A DNA stretch of 64,000 nt, from NCBI RefSeq assembly GCF_009914755.1, contig NC_060926.1; one strand, 5' to 3'. Of this stretch, positions 28,436 to 42,213 are shown piece by piece (the first letter of the stretch is position 1; every line of letters begins with the position of its first letter). This stretch comes from the human T2T-CHM13v2.0 reference genome, Homo sapiens. The position numbers were made by a program, and so were the translations under genes. Below the pieces are notes generated by a model. It saw only the letters and a program-made list of their open reading frames with translations. It made no database searches and was not told the origin of the DNA.

Positions 28436-29009
28436 CAGGCAAAGGAGAAGGAGGAAGGGAAGGGGGAGCAGCTCTGGAACAAGAGAGGAGGGTTCTGCAG
28501 AGGCAGGCGGGAGTTCTTGGGGTGAAGCATTTATTCATGGGAGGAGAGGCTCACAGGATATGACCTCAGTAAGCATCCAGTCCTTGTCACATAGTCTTAG
28601 GCACGGCCTACTGCCTGACAATCCCAGACACATTGGAACAGAGGGGCAGGGCCCTGGGAAGGGGCTTGAAGGGAAACTTCCCTACCTCCCTTTCCTGCAC
28701 ACCTGGCCCTGGCTGGAATAGAAAAGCATCATTTGGGAATAGAGAGCAGCTGTGGATCCATCACGGCTATCCCGCACACCATCAACACCACTGACACCTT
28801 CACCAACATTTCTAATTCTGCCTTAACCTCTCCACTGGGCTGCAGACTTACATCCAGTTGTCTCTAGGACATGTTCACTGACTTGTCCAACAGACACTGG
28901 CACTCACCAGCCTCAGGGGAAAGGCACTACCTTCCACCCACAGTCCAACCCCCAGATCAGGGAATCGCAATTCCTCCTTTCTCTACATCCTCCACCTGCA
29001 GGTCTTCAG

Positions 29010-29170
29010 GGTGCGACTCTGGGCAGGTCGTACTCTCCCTCCACTTAGGATTTCTCATCTGGAGAATGGGATAATGCCAGCCCCAGCTTCCAGACTGTTG
29101 TAAGGATTCAATAGGACGGATCATGTAATGCCCTTAGCCCAGGGGTTTGTGCAGGCAGCAGTCAATATGT
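29010..29170 (+). mobile_element. MIR fragment
   Basis: gactctgggcaggt...tttctcatctggagaatgggataatgcc...gttgtaaggattcaat. Confidence 0.6.
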
Positions 29171-30454
29171 CTTCATCATTGTTCTTGTTGGCTGGGCCAA
29201 GAGACCCTGCTTGATAGGAGAATCAAGTTCTGCAGTGAAGTTGGTGGTCTGGAAGCCGGACTCTAGCAAGGGGTATTTTGGCCTGGGTGTAGGCAGTCCC
29301 CACTCTCCACTTATTAGTCGCTCTCTGGCCTGTGGTCAGAAGCCTCCAAGGGACTGTCCCATGTGCAGTGTTGTCAGCAGTGGCCATGCAAATGGTGCCC
29401 GTGGGGCTGGCAGCACTACCCTGTCCCCAGCTGCCCGCAGTTGGTGACCTCTTCTTCCTAACACTTTGCTTTTGGTTTACCTCCTCAGCATGGGCCTGCA
29501 TTTCCACTGCGTAATAGAACTAAGCTGTGGGAGCCAGTGTGGGCGGCAAGGGGACTTGGTGGCATTTGAGAAGCATTGGACAGCAGACACTCCTTGGTCA
29601 GCCCTCCCCTCTGAAAAGCAGAACTCTGTGCTGCAGCCCAGACACTGGAGAGCACCAGCCTGTCTCCTCCACCCTCCAGCGAGATGCGGGAGAAATATTC
29701 TCTCTCATTCTTTCTCCTGAGTTGTGCCTACTTCCATTTTAAATTCCGCCAAATGATCCCTTAATCTAATAGCAATTGCTAACAGCCTGGCCCTGAGAAG
29801 TCCTCTCTGCATTTCAATTCCTGCATTATCCCCTTCTTGCTGGCTTAGTAGAGCCTCTATTCCTTGATGCTTTCTAAGGCAACTAATCACTCAAACGAGG
29901 CAGAATAAACCCATTTAGACCAAACATGAATTATTTGCAAGCCAAACCCAGCACTGATGTTGGTCTAAGGTATTTGGAGCGTTATTTACATTTGTAAGTG
30001 CAGGCATTTTGATGCTAAACCTCAGGTTAAGCTCTGGGAAGCCTGACTGGCCCTGCTAGCAGCATTCTACTGCCAGGAGCCCTGCGGCTGGGGCAGTCTA
30101 GCTGGGACCCTCTGCCTGTCTGTGGACAGTGGGTGCTCTGGGTCTGCGTGTTCCCCAAGGTGAGGCTGGCTCTCTTTGCTCTCGGTAATCCCACCATCCT
30201 GCAGGGACCCAGAGCACTCGGCCCTCAGAAAATGGGGCTGTCAGTGGGAGGGCGAATTTATCTTCTAGCTAGGGAAGCAAGAAGGATGCTGCTTTTCCTA
30301 AGGCTGTTTCAGGTGCCAGAAGAGGCCCACTCAAGATGCCTCAGGAGGGCTTTCAGCCTGTGGAATCTGCGGTTTTGAGAACCTGGGGCCTGGAGCAAAA
30401 GAATAGCAGGGCCCCTAGGCTGGGCCTGGGTGAGGAACAGTGCAGTACTGAGCC

Positions 30455-30808
30455 CACTTGTTTGGACCGAATGCCTGTTCCCCCCAGATGCTTAGGCTGA
30501 AGCCCCAGCCCCCAATATAACTGCATTAGGAGGTGTGGCCTTTGGGAGGTAACTGGGTTTAGATGAGGTCATGAGGGTGGGGCCTTCAGAATAGAATTAG
30601 TGCCCCTACAAGAAGAGACCAGGGAGCTTGCTCTCATTCTCTACCATGTAAGAAGGTGGCTACCTGCAGGCCAGGGAGAGGGCCTCCCAGAACTGGACCC
30701 TGCTGGCACCTGAGATCAGGCCTCCAGCCCCAGGAGTAGGAGAAATAAATCTCTGTTGTTGAAGCCACCCAGCCTGTGGCGTTTCGTTATGTCAGCCCTT
30801 GACTAATC
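30455..30808 (+). mobile_element. MLT1A-like MaLR LTR
   Basis: ggcctttgggaggtaactgggtttagatgaggtcatgagggtggggcc...gagaaataaatctctgttgttgaagccacccagcctgtgg...gactaat. Confidence 0.8.
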
Positions 30809-31049
30809 CATATTCATTCTCATTCTCTCTCCCCTCTCTGTATGGGGTTTCTGCTCCTCTTTGCTGCTCGGCCTGCTCCCTTCTCCTCCTCTCTCCTCCT
30901 CCTCACTCACCTCTGCCTCCACACTCTGTCAAGAGAATGGCTCAAGAGAGCCGGCCTCAGTACTCCCTGGGGAAAGACCTGCTTCGCCCCCAGCTAGCAG
31001 GGGACTTTCTTCTAGGTCTCTCGGATTAAATCCTGAGAGGTGAGTCTGC

Positions 31050-31720
31050 TTATCTAGGCCGCCCCCTCCGCGGGCGCACCGATGCCTGGCACTGCCCGCC
31101 GGGGCGTGGGCGCGCCCACACCGTCCACCCTGCTCCTGCCCAGAGCGGGTCCTCTGCCGAAGGAATTTGCGCTGGCAGCTCCCGGAGGGTCTGGCCCGCA
31201 CGCGGCAGGGCAATAAAGCCTGCAAACGTGTGGGAGCGGGGGTGATGGGGGTCCAGAGGACGGGGCTTTGCAGGGACGTGGAGGGACTACAGGCAGCTGC
31301 GACCGTCTGCCCTGCCATCGCTACCTGTGTATACGCACTCGCACTCCATGTAACCTTCACAGCCACCAGCAGGCCGCGGCCGGGCCGCCCTGCAGAGGAA
31401 GGAGCGGGTCCCAGTGCCCAGGGGCTTCCCGCGGTGGGGGGTTGGGCGGGGCGGGGGCTCCACTCTGGGGGCGTGGCTGACAGAAGGCCCCGCCCCCTCC
31501 CCGCCCGCGGGTGAAACCACCCCCGAGGCCCGGACGCACGCGGACCTGCGCTCAGGTTTCCCTGGGCTCTGTTGCCGTTCACTGTCCCGGGGAGCGCCCA
31601 GGTGAGCGATCCTCGCCGCGGAGCTCCCGGACCCAGCAGCCTGGGAGGCTGGGGTCCGCCTTCTTCCCAGGCCCGCTCGCCTCGGGTGCTGGCTGGAGGG
31701 CTGTGGCGCGGGATGGTAGG
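31050..31720. promoter_or_regulatory. CpG island, putative promoter
   Basis: High GC and CpG density, GC boxes (gggcggggcgggg at ~31444, ccccgcccc at ~31488), and a downstream splice-donor consensus CAG|GTGAGC at 31601/31602. Confidence 0.6.
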
Positions 31721-33418
31721 ACTAGCGCTGAGCAGGTGGGATTAAGCTCTCCAATGAAACATGGCCCCACCACACTTTGGTTTGGAGGCAAACACCCAGT
31801 AGCGTTACAGACTGAAACACCATCAGCAGCAACACCTTGGCGTGACGTTATCAGATCTTTTCCCCCTAGACTGAGAATTGTACTAGAGAACAGACTTTTG
31901 GCCAGGTTTGAAGATTCTCTTGCAATGCGCCATCGCCCCTGACAGTCTTCAGCATAGAAAAATACATGACAACCGTGGCCATGGGTACTAGGCTTCGCTG
32001 CGCCCACCCTGGAGCCTGCCACCAGGGTTCCCACGACGGCTTCACTTCGTCCTGGCTGCGTGAGCAAGGCCCTTAATCTTCTGACACCGCAGTTCCTCGT
32101 CTGTGAAGTGGGTGTAATATCACCTGCCTCTAGAGGCATGCGAGGGAGCAGCAGTGCCTTGAAAGCATCAATGGCTCAGTTAGAAAAACACCGCCATAAT
32201 AACTAGTGTCTACAAGCCAATCTGCACACGATGTAGCTCTGTTACACGATCTCCTTTGAGTCACAAATAGCTTGGAAGTTGTTATGACTCCCGTTTTACA
32301 GATGGAGAAACAGGCTCAGAGAGATTAAGAGCCTGGGCTTTTAAGCGGTGAGATAGGAGTCAAGCCCCGGCTGTTTGATTCCAAATCTGCGGAGTCCTGA
32401 AAGACCTCAGGCTTCCGGGGCAGCTGGATTTAGGGTTGAGGGCTGGTGGCCTCTTCGAGCTGCAGTTTCCTCACATGTAAAATGGGGATGATGCTATGGG
32501 TCTGCAGAGGTGCAGGCAGCAGATGTCTGTAATGGAGGTCATTACCATTATTCCACACCCGCATCCGTTCAGCAGGCACAAGTGGACTTCGCTGCTTTTG
32601 CTTGTTGATGTCTGGGCTTAGCCTGTCTGTCTACAAAACGATAGCAGAGACCTTGAAGGCTGGGAGTGCGTCAACAAAAGACAAAGCACAGCCCACAGCC
32701 TATTATCTCAGCTTCAGATATCGACATTGGCAGACTTTTCTGTGCATGTGGAGGGGAAGCATTGAAACTCTTGCCAAGAGCCAAAACTGATTTGCCCACA
32801 TGCAGTCCAGCTCTCTGATCTGTCCTTGGAGACAAAATAAGGAAACTACCTCTTTGATCCAAAGCTATTTTTATCGTCCTCTGAGCAGTGCTTATGGTGC
32901 GTTATGTGTTTCATGGGGAAAAAGGACTATCAGCAGGCCAAGATAACCATTACCCCGGCCCAGCCCTATAAATAGGCACTGTTTGTTTTCTCTGACAGCG
33001 CCAGAGGGGCCAGGTTTGGGTCACCTGCCGATAGCGGGTGAGAAATGGTGTCCCCATCCCTGGGCCCATTGGTGCTGACCAGATGGTGAAGGAGGCAAAG
33101 GTTGCTTTGAATGACTGTGCTCTGGGGTGAGCCAGGCCTGGTGGGTGCCCACTCTGCTCCATGGGCTCTGCTCCCTGGCCTCCCATTCCTGCTCGCCCTC
33201 CAGCTTTTTGTGTCTGTGTCGCCCACTCCTCCCACCATCAGTCTCCATCTGGATGCAGGCTTCTGGGCTTCCGTTCACGCAGAGTTTTGGGCAGCAGCTC
33301 CCCCAGCAGCCCTGCCTGCCACCTCTTCTGGGGAAGAGGGTTCAGATGGAAGGGGCCTGGAGGATGAGGATAAGCCACGAGGGAGAGGGAGGGGCTGATG
33401 GCTTAGGGAGGACTTCTA

Positions 33419-34045
<627 letters not shown>

Positions 34046-34190
34046 TAGTAAGAACCCGAAGGTGAAAATCAGTGTCACAGGATAATGTTTAGGATATGAT
34101 GCAAGCTTTTGCACCATTCCCCCAGAAGTGTGGCTGCTTTCCAGGTGCCCTGCCTCCAGTGCATAGAGGCAGAGGTGGCCTGGGACCAAG

Positions 34191-34664
34191 TGTGATGGTT
34201 AACGTTATGTGTCAGCTTGGCAGGGCCATAGGATGCCTGGACATCTGATCAGACATCATTCTGGGTGGGCTTGCCAGGGTGATTCCCGATGAGATTAGCG
34301 TTGGCATCAGTGCACTGAGTAAAGCAGATTTCCCTTCCAAATGGGGGTGGGCCTCATCTAATCAGTAGAAGACCTGAATGGAAGAGAGAGGCTGAGTAAA
34401 GGGGAGCTCCTCCTCTCTGACTGCCTTGAGCTGGCACATTGCTGCTTTCCTGCCTTTGGACTCAGATTGAGGTGTCAGTTCTTTCTGGGTCTTGAGCCTG
34501 ATGGCATTTGAACTGGAACTGCAAGACTGGCTCTTCTGCATCTTCAGCTTGCCACTGGCAGAGCTCCATAATCACATTCCTTATAATCTCTCTCTCTTAT
34601 ACATATATGTCCTCATATATATATCCTATTGGTTCTTTTTCTCTGGTGAACCCTAGCTAATATA
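34191..34664 (+). mobile_element. MLT2-like (ERVL) solo LTR
   Basis: tgtgatggttaacgttatgtgtcagcttgg...tcctattggttctttttctctggtgaaccctagctaatata. Near-TSD ccaag/tcaag. Confidence 0.85.
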
Positions 34665-37600
34665 TCAAGTATTACAGTTTGACTTTGATTCCAAAATATG
34701 CTCCTAAAATACCTAGCAGAGATATAGTCTTGAAAGCCTAGGTTTTTAATGGAGAGAGCCAGCCTTTTTGAAAGAGAAGGACTCAGCAGATAAGATTTGT
34801 AACATAGAGACAAATTGAGAAGCTTGCATGGTGCTGTAACAGCCACTTCCCCATCCTGAGGGGTCATGTTTCGGTGGGGGAAGATGGCCAGATGGATGTG
34901 GATAGAGCCTGGATAGGGGGGTCCTTGAGAAGGGCTGATGCCATGCCCCCTCCACTGTCTGGGCTTGGAGGGGTGTTGAGAGGATGCAGTGGAGTTGGGG
35001 GGATCAGTGGCTGAGCAAACAAGCGCTTGATCCTCCTTGAGGAGAAGGGGGGCAGCATCCTGAATTGAATGAATATTTACCCAGTTGTTCAAATCAAATT
35101 TGCATATGCCACAATGTTTTTCTAGGGTCAAGAGAGTTGCCCCTGCAAATGTTGACTTTTGCAGTTCTTAAATAAAAATCAATTAGCTTATAAGAGTTTG
35201 CTTAAATCCTTCCCCCTCCCCATCTTCTACCCCACCTTATGCCAGTGGGTCTATACCACACCATGGCCTGCCACCTTTTTTGTTTTTTGAAGCAAATCCA
35301 TCCAGATCCTAAATGCCACCCTTTTCAAATGCATAATAGTGTATCTGTTAGGCTGCTTTTGATCACAAGCAACAGCAAAATCAATTGCACTAGTTGAATC
35401 AACAGAGAGGCTTCTTTGACTGACTCAAGTGAAAAGCCCAGACTGGGGTGGGCTTCTGGTGAGGCTTGCTCCCAAGGTCTGGTGCTATCACAAGGCCCAT
35501 GCTCCATGCTGCCTCCCACAATGTCAGATTCATCCTAGGCCTGCTTCTTATCGGGTACCAAGATGGCAGACTGCAGTTTCGTGGGTACACATCTTCTCTC
35601 ATGCCCAGCCAGAAGGAGCCTTGGTTTTGGTGCTCACGGTCAGTAGTCACCGTCTTGAGAAGCAGAGGCCACAGCCACTTCCACCCCAGTTACTGGGTCT
35701 GTCACAGGGTGCGAGGGTGTGGACTGGCTCAGGCTGGGACATGGGCTCCATGCCTGGGGCCTGAAGAGGAGCCACTTCTCTGAGACTCTATGGATGGCCA
35801 GGTGGCAAGCAGAGCTGTCCAGAAGGGAAAGGAAGGGAGTATCTAGATGCTGGGGAGGCACCAACAAGCATCCTCCACACATGGGATCTGGCATGTTCAC
35901 ATTTTATTAAAATTCATTTCTGCCACCTCCTCCCACATTTTTTCTGCTAATTGGTGAGGAATCCTTCATCTGAGCAGACATTGGTAAATTCTCATAGCCA
36001 AGTGGGGGTTGAGTAAAGTTCATTGTTTACCTGAGGTCAGGGGCCAGCACCCACATTGGTCCAGTCTTGCCTTGCAATGCTGGGAGGCTGCAGTCCTGTC
36101 CAGTGCATCCGGTGACTCCTGCTTGGTGAGGTCCCACGTACCCTGCTGCGAGGGAAGCAAGCAGAAGCCAGTCTCAGGCTGTGCTGCCAATTCACGTCAA
36201 CACTATAGAGGCTGCTCCCCGTAAGGTGCTGTGGGGGTTTTGGTGACAGATGCAAATTCAAAGGGGAAAGGAGAAGAGGGGAGCAAAGTGACACCAAAGA
36301 GGCTGTCAGCCAGGGTCCCAAGCATGGGGTGCAGGGGGAGGAGTGAGGGCATGCAGGCTGCGGAGGGACCCCTATTCGCCCTCCACAGTCCCGATGAGAA
36401 CTTGATCACCTGCCCTCAATTCCCCATCCAACTGAGCATCACTGGAGGTGGCCACCCTCCTGAGGGGTGACTCCTGGCCTGGCCTGCTGGAGAAACAAGA
36501 GGTTCCTCTCAATCAAGTGTAGGGCTCTGACGTTGACAAAAGATTATGGTAGTAATGCTGCTTTGGACTAAAAGTGACAGGAAAATGTTTTATTTTATGA
36601 AGAAGTCCAGGGGACCTGTAGGACCCGCTTGAGATTTCATCCAGGGAGCAGGGCCTGGGGAGGAGCAGCCTGAGGCTTGGTTCATGGGGGCAGTGGGAAA
36701 AAAGAATGAAGGTGCAGCTGCTGTCCCCGTGGAGTCCTGGAGTCATTCTTTCCCAGCTCTGCAAGTGTCCTAAAGCAAGAAGCTAGGCCACACACGAGGA
36801 CGCCCTGAGGAATGCATCAGTCCACATCCTGCTTCTGGGCTGTGTGGGAGGTTGAGGCCCTCAGTGCAGAAGGCTCTTCTGTGGGGGTCATTGTGTGCTG
36901 TGCCCACCCCACTCCCAGAAAGGGGAGGCGAGGGTGCCTTGCCCTCCCCTGAGCAAGTGAGAGCAGGCTTCAAGAGAGGCTCTTGGGTGGAGGCACTGGG
37001 TTTTGGAGGACAAAGAGATGGGGTGTGATTGTGCTTGGTGTAGGATAGTTATCAGCCGGGATAACTGGGTTACGCTGCAGTAACAAGCACCCCTGACACT
37101 CAGTGGCTTGATGCTATGGCATGTCTTTTCCATTCATGCTCCTTGTCCCTCATGGGCAGATGGAGGCTTCTGCTCACATAGTCACTTAGGGACCTGCCAT
37201 AGGCTTCTCTGTGCTCCCACGATGCAGGAGATAGTGCATTGGCCCTTAAAGCTTTCTCTAAAAGCGACATGGCACATGGCTCCTATGTCCCCATGTCACC
37301 ATCCAATGCAAATCACTTGGCCATGCCCTTGAAGAGGGGCAGGGGGTAGGCATGGAAGTGGAATGTTACTGTGTGTCTGGAAGGCAGGGATTCAGAAATA
37401 TCCAGGGACCAGCACTAGTGACCGCTGAGGCACCTAATGGAGGGGGCTGTTATGAAGGGGGCGGGGTCTGCTTGGGAACGAGCTCCCCTCCCACCCACAG
37501 TGTGCTTGGGTGAAGGCGGTGTGTCAAGACCAGGCAGGGGTGTCCTGGAAGGACCCTAGGACCTCAGGAGATGGGTGGGCTCCTGAGCCCAGGTGAGATT

Positions 37601-38730
37601 AGGAGTTGAAAGTGGCCATCCTATGAGGGCATGGCCTGTGCCACAGGCAGGGACATCCCAGCAGGGGCCACCGAGGAGCCTGCCAGGTGCTCACGGGAGT
37701 CAGTCAGCTTGCCCAGCTGAGATCATCCACTGACCCTTCTTGTCACCTGATTCCTTAGTTTTGCTCCCCAAGTCCTCTCTCGGGAGCCGTGCATGAGGGA
37801 AGTAGACCGTGAAGAGCAGGAGAAGAGGAGAGCAGGAACAGCTGGGAGGCCAGAGGAGGCCTGATGAGATGGACTCTGCACCAAGGTTGGGAGGTGTGTG
37901 TGGTTGTGGGGAAAGGTCGGGCACACACCCCTCAGGCAGGGGTCTGTGTTATGGCTGGGGTGGCGGGCACTGCGGGCGGGTCCCGAAGGCTGTGGTTCCG
38001 AAGGCCATGCGATTCCTCAAAGGTTTGAGCTGGTGCTGGTGTTGGGCAGCTGAGAGACCATTAGGGGGTCTTGCTAGTGAAGCTGTCCTGGGTGCTAAGA
38101 GAACAGGCAGCGGCCCTCTGTGGCAGGAAGAACTCTGTTCGTCTAAGACAGAAACCGTGGTGAGAGTAGGGTCCCTGACTTCCTTCTCCACTGAAGAAGG
38201 GCTGGGAGGCCTTGCAGCTGTGCTCTGTCTGTGGGTGGGTGGGGAGCGGAGGTTGGGGCAGTTCTTCTGAGCCAGCTCTGCCTCCGGCCTGGAAGAGGAG
38301 CCCAGAAGACCGGGGTGGAGTGAGACCTCAGTCCACACAGGGAAGAGGGTGGGAAGAGGGTGGGAGGGAAGGCCAGTGTCTGGGCTAGCCCTCTCCCCAC
38401 TGCCTCGCCAGGGAGGGCTGCTATCTGCAGTCTATAGATGAGGAAACTGAGGCCATGGGGATTGTGTGATTTGATGCAGGGTTCAAGCCAAGCCCAGCTG
38501 GCCGTCTCCTTACAAAAGCCTGATGAAAAAAAGCTGCAGTTGCAGAATGTTGCAGAGGGTCCCTGGCCATTCAGAAAAAATTTAAAATATGCAAAGCAGT
38601 GCTTAGCATTGCTTAGGGATGCAACCGCACAGGCTCGAAGTGGGACGGTGAATTCCAGCTTGGGAGAGTGGCTACCTTAATGGGGTGGGGGTGGGAATGG
38701 GGAGGGTTCATCTGATCCTGCATGTGGTGG

Positions 38731-39062
<332 letters not shown>

Positions 39063-39634
39063 TGATCTGGGTGCTGCATGCACAGGTGTTGTGGAACTAG
39101 TTTTCATGCCTTTTCGTATGTCTGAACGGTTTCTGAGTAAGCCAAGAGAGGCTGACTGCAGCCCCTGGAGTGGGTGAGGAGGCTCAGCGGCTGCTCCTGG
39201 AGTCAGCAGCCCTCCCTGTGACCCCACCTCTTCAGCAGCCCGACTAGAGACCAAGAAACGAAAAGGAGAAAGGGGCCCAAGGAGGCCCCGGCTGTGTGAA
39301 GAAGGCCTCCTGGGGCTGCCCTTATCTTCCTCCCCTGGTTCAGGGGTGGAAGCTTCTCCAGGGGAAGGAGAGGCAAAGCGCACAGCTGGCACACGCCACC
39401 TTGTGCAGGTTGCTCCTGGGCCATGAGGCAGCTGACCCTGCCCCTCGGCAGCCTCTCCTTCCTTCTCAGCAGCACAGGAGAGAGGAGAGCCAGCAAAGCC
39501 CAGCTGTGAGGGCTCCCCTTCCCTCTGCATTCCCCAGTGACTCTATCTGCCCAGCTGGCCCCGTGCCCCAGTGTACCAGCTCTGCACCTTTGGTAGCATC
39601 TCTGGGAGCCTCACAAGAGTCAGAGAGGACGCAG

Positions 39635-39812
39635 CTCCTGGTTGGAGCCAATTGCCACATTTTTTGAAACGTTGCAAGCTGGTTCTTCAACTCTTGGAAG
39701 CTTGAAGTGGATCATGATGGGGTATTTATACCATGGCTATTGGCTAATGCTCTGCATCAGGGCTGCCCCCTTCACTCTGCAGGCTGCTAAACATTTACCA
39801 ACACAACACTGT
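39635..39812 (-). mobile_element. MER63A-like fragment
   Basis: agcttgaagtggatcatgatggggtatttatacca...taaacatttaccaacacaacactg. Confidence 0.45.
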
Positions 39813-40159
39813 CATGGCCCCACTGTGAGCCTTCCTGAACTCGCCCATGTGTGCTTCTGGTCCCTGTTCACCTGCACCCTCAGGTGTCCTGGTGGCCCCT
39901 GAGACCCATCAGTCTCCCACTCCCCAGTGACTGCTGCAGTCTGTGCTACACAGGCTCACTCTTCTCCCCCGACTGGCTGTTGCTCTAAGCACATGCTGGG
40001 TACTGCCTGGTGGAAGAAGTGTGGGCCTCTGAGTCTCACAGGCCGGCTTTTATTTCTGGCTGTGCCCTGTGCCAATCTGGACAAGTGACGGCCTCTGGGA
40101 CTTCATTTCTCCCTGCTTATGTGGTGTTAATACTGCCTGCTCATAACCTCCATTGCCAG

Positions 40160-40745
40160 TGAAGGAAATAATGTATATAGTGGTCCATTTCCAAGACAAA
40201 GTGCCTTAAATCGGCTTAGGTCAGCAAACTACAGAAGAAATAGGATATACTAGGCCCCTGCTTGGATAGCCAATGCCTGCTTGTCGGCCCCCCTTAGTTG
40301 CCTTCACTCGAACCAAAGAAGTTTAGTCTAAGATGAAAGTTTGCTAGCCTGCAAAATAGCTTGTTTTGTCTGTTCTTATCAGCTGGCCCAGCTACTGAAG
40401 TCATAAGTCAAATACTTGAAGAGCCCCAGAGCTAACTAGGATTGCAATGTATTGTGGGCTGCAACAAAATGCAGCAGGACGACCCTAAAGAAAACACCTA
40501 GAGCCTCTACCCAACAACCGATAGGCGATGTCCGGGAAGATTGTGACCCCATAGTACTCAGCCTATGAGGAACTGGCGGAGAGACCTGAGCATTAGGGGA
40601 TAAATTGCTTGTTGAAACTGTGCTGGGGGTGTCTGCTCATCAGACACCCCACCTTGCAAGACAGTCATTAAAAGTCTCACTTTCACTGCTCTCCGGGTCT
40701 CTGAGTCTATTCTTTGGGTTTGGATGGGTGAGTTTATTTCTCACA
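40160..40745 (+). mobile_element. ERV solo LTR (LTR18B-like, tentative), inserted in a MIR
   Basis: TG...CA ends (tgaaggaaataatgtatatagtggtccatttccaagac ... tttatttctcaca), attaaa poly(A) signal at ~40667, and flanking direct repeat CCAG at 40156-40159 and 40746-40749. Confidence 0.75.
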
Positions 40746-42034
40746 CCAGGGCTGAGCACGTGGCTCTAGGCACAGAGCAGGCATTCCCTCAACGACAGCC
40801 TCCAGCATTTGAGCCCCTGTGGCTAGAATGGGGACTTCTAGCAGAGTTACTGAGATATCTTTCCCTTTCCTTGCTCTGTTCAACACCACTGCTCTGCAGT
40901 TGGGCCTGTGGAGTACAAGGAGAATTCCCTGCAAGACCCCTGGGTGAAAGAGACACCTCCAGTGTCATCGCGGCCTGAGGGGTGCAGTGATGGGGCAAGT
41001 GTGTCCCCAGGGGTCCCAGCACCACCCCAAATAGACTTCATTGGTTTAGTGCAAGAACGTGAGCTCTGAAGTTGGAAGTGCTGCAACGATGTTGGGCATC
41101 TGGGCGTGGAGGCTCCAGTTGAGCACAGCGAGTGTGCTGCACGGGGGCCTCCCTTGCATGTGGAGGACAGACACTGAGCTCCCACTCTCACCTGTCCAGT
41201 CTGCTCGGGGTCGGCCTTGGGGCTGAACACCCAGCAGGGACCTCACATTGGCCACTTCGCTGAGTGACTGTCTTCAGAACTCCAGAGCCCACTCTCTGAT
41301 TAAGCACATGGGTTTTCCAAACTTATCCACACACATGATTTATCTACCTTTGCGTGATTTACATGCATGATTTCACTTCGGTATTTCCCGCTTTACAAGA
41401 GTGGCACCTGAAGCACAGCGAGGTGAAGTGACTTGCCCACATTCACAAGTAGCAGAACCAGAATTTGAACCCAGGAGGGGGTCTCACCCTGGAACCCACG
41501 CTCACCACACGACACCTGTGGTCCCCAACAGCCTGCAAAGCTGTGACCCGAGGTGACCTTGCTCACAAACACAGCTGGAGCCGCCAGCTCCTTGGCGTAC
41601 TGGAGATTAGGTTTAAGACTAAACTCCCAGAAAGCGGGGCGGATACCAGGCCCATGGCAATGGTGCTCCCTGTGCAACACCCTGCCATTCTGATGGATGA
41701 AAAACATTTCAAGTTTTCCTGTAAAAATGTCTGTTGTGGAAAGATAAGGAAATTCTGGCACACTCAGAGGGGACTTCTTAACTAGTTCGTGCAAAAAGGC
41801 ACGTTTATTTTTGGCTTTGGGGCTGGGTACAGCGTGGCCTTAATCAGCAGCTAAGGTGATGTTGGCCAGGCCACTGCCAGCCCAGGCCCAAAAAACAGTG
41901 TAGGCCAGGCCAGTGCCAGTGTCTGCCAAGGGGATAGGCACGGGGACCCTTGTCTGACCTCTGGGGGCTATGTGCAAGGGCCGTGGGAGCAGTTGGGCAG
42001 CCTTGGAGACAACCCAAATGTGGGAATCCGCAGG

Positions 42035-42213
42035 CCTGGGGCCCTCCCAGCAGTCAGAGGGAATGCGTGCCTGCCTCTGAGGGTGGTTGGGAGATGGAGT
42101 GTGACATTGTGTCCTGAGTCCGGAGGCTCTCCCAGCAGTGAGAAGGGATGCATGCCTGCCTCCGAGGGTGGTTGGGAGACAAAGCGTGACTCCATGTCCA
42201 GAGTCCTGGGGCC
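42035..42213 (+). repeat. Diverged 85-bp tandem duplication (2 copies)
   Basis: ctcccagcagt...tgcctgcctc(t/c)gagggtggttgggaga...tgac...tgtcc.gagtcc starting at 42044 and 42129. Confidence 0.85.

Noticed and set aside
31363-31378. CTCF motif (ccaccagcaggccgc)
   Set aside because: Two mismatches in the core of the consensus make it too weak to call from sequence alone.
30929-32139. ORFs of 143-217 aa around the CpG island
   Set aside because: Pro/Arg/Gly/Ala-rich, overlapping on both strands, as expected from GC-rich DNA that is poor in stop codons.
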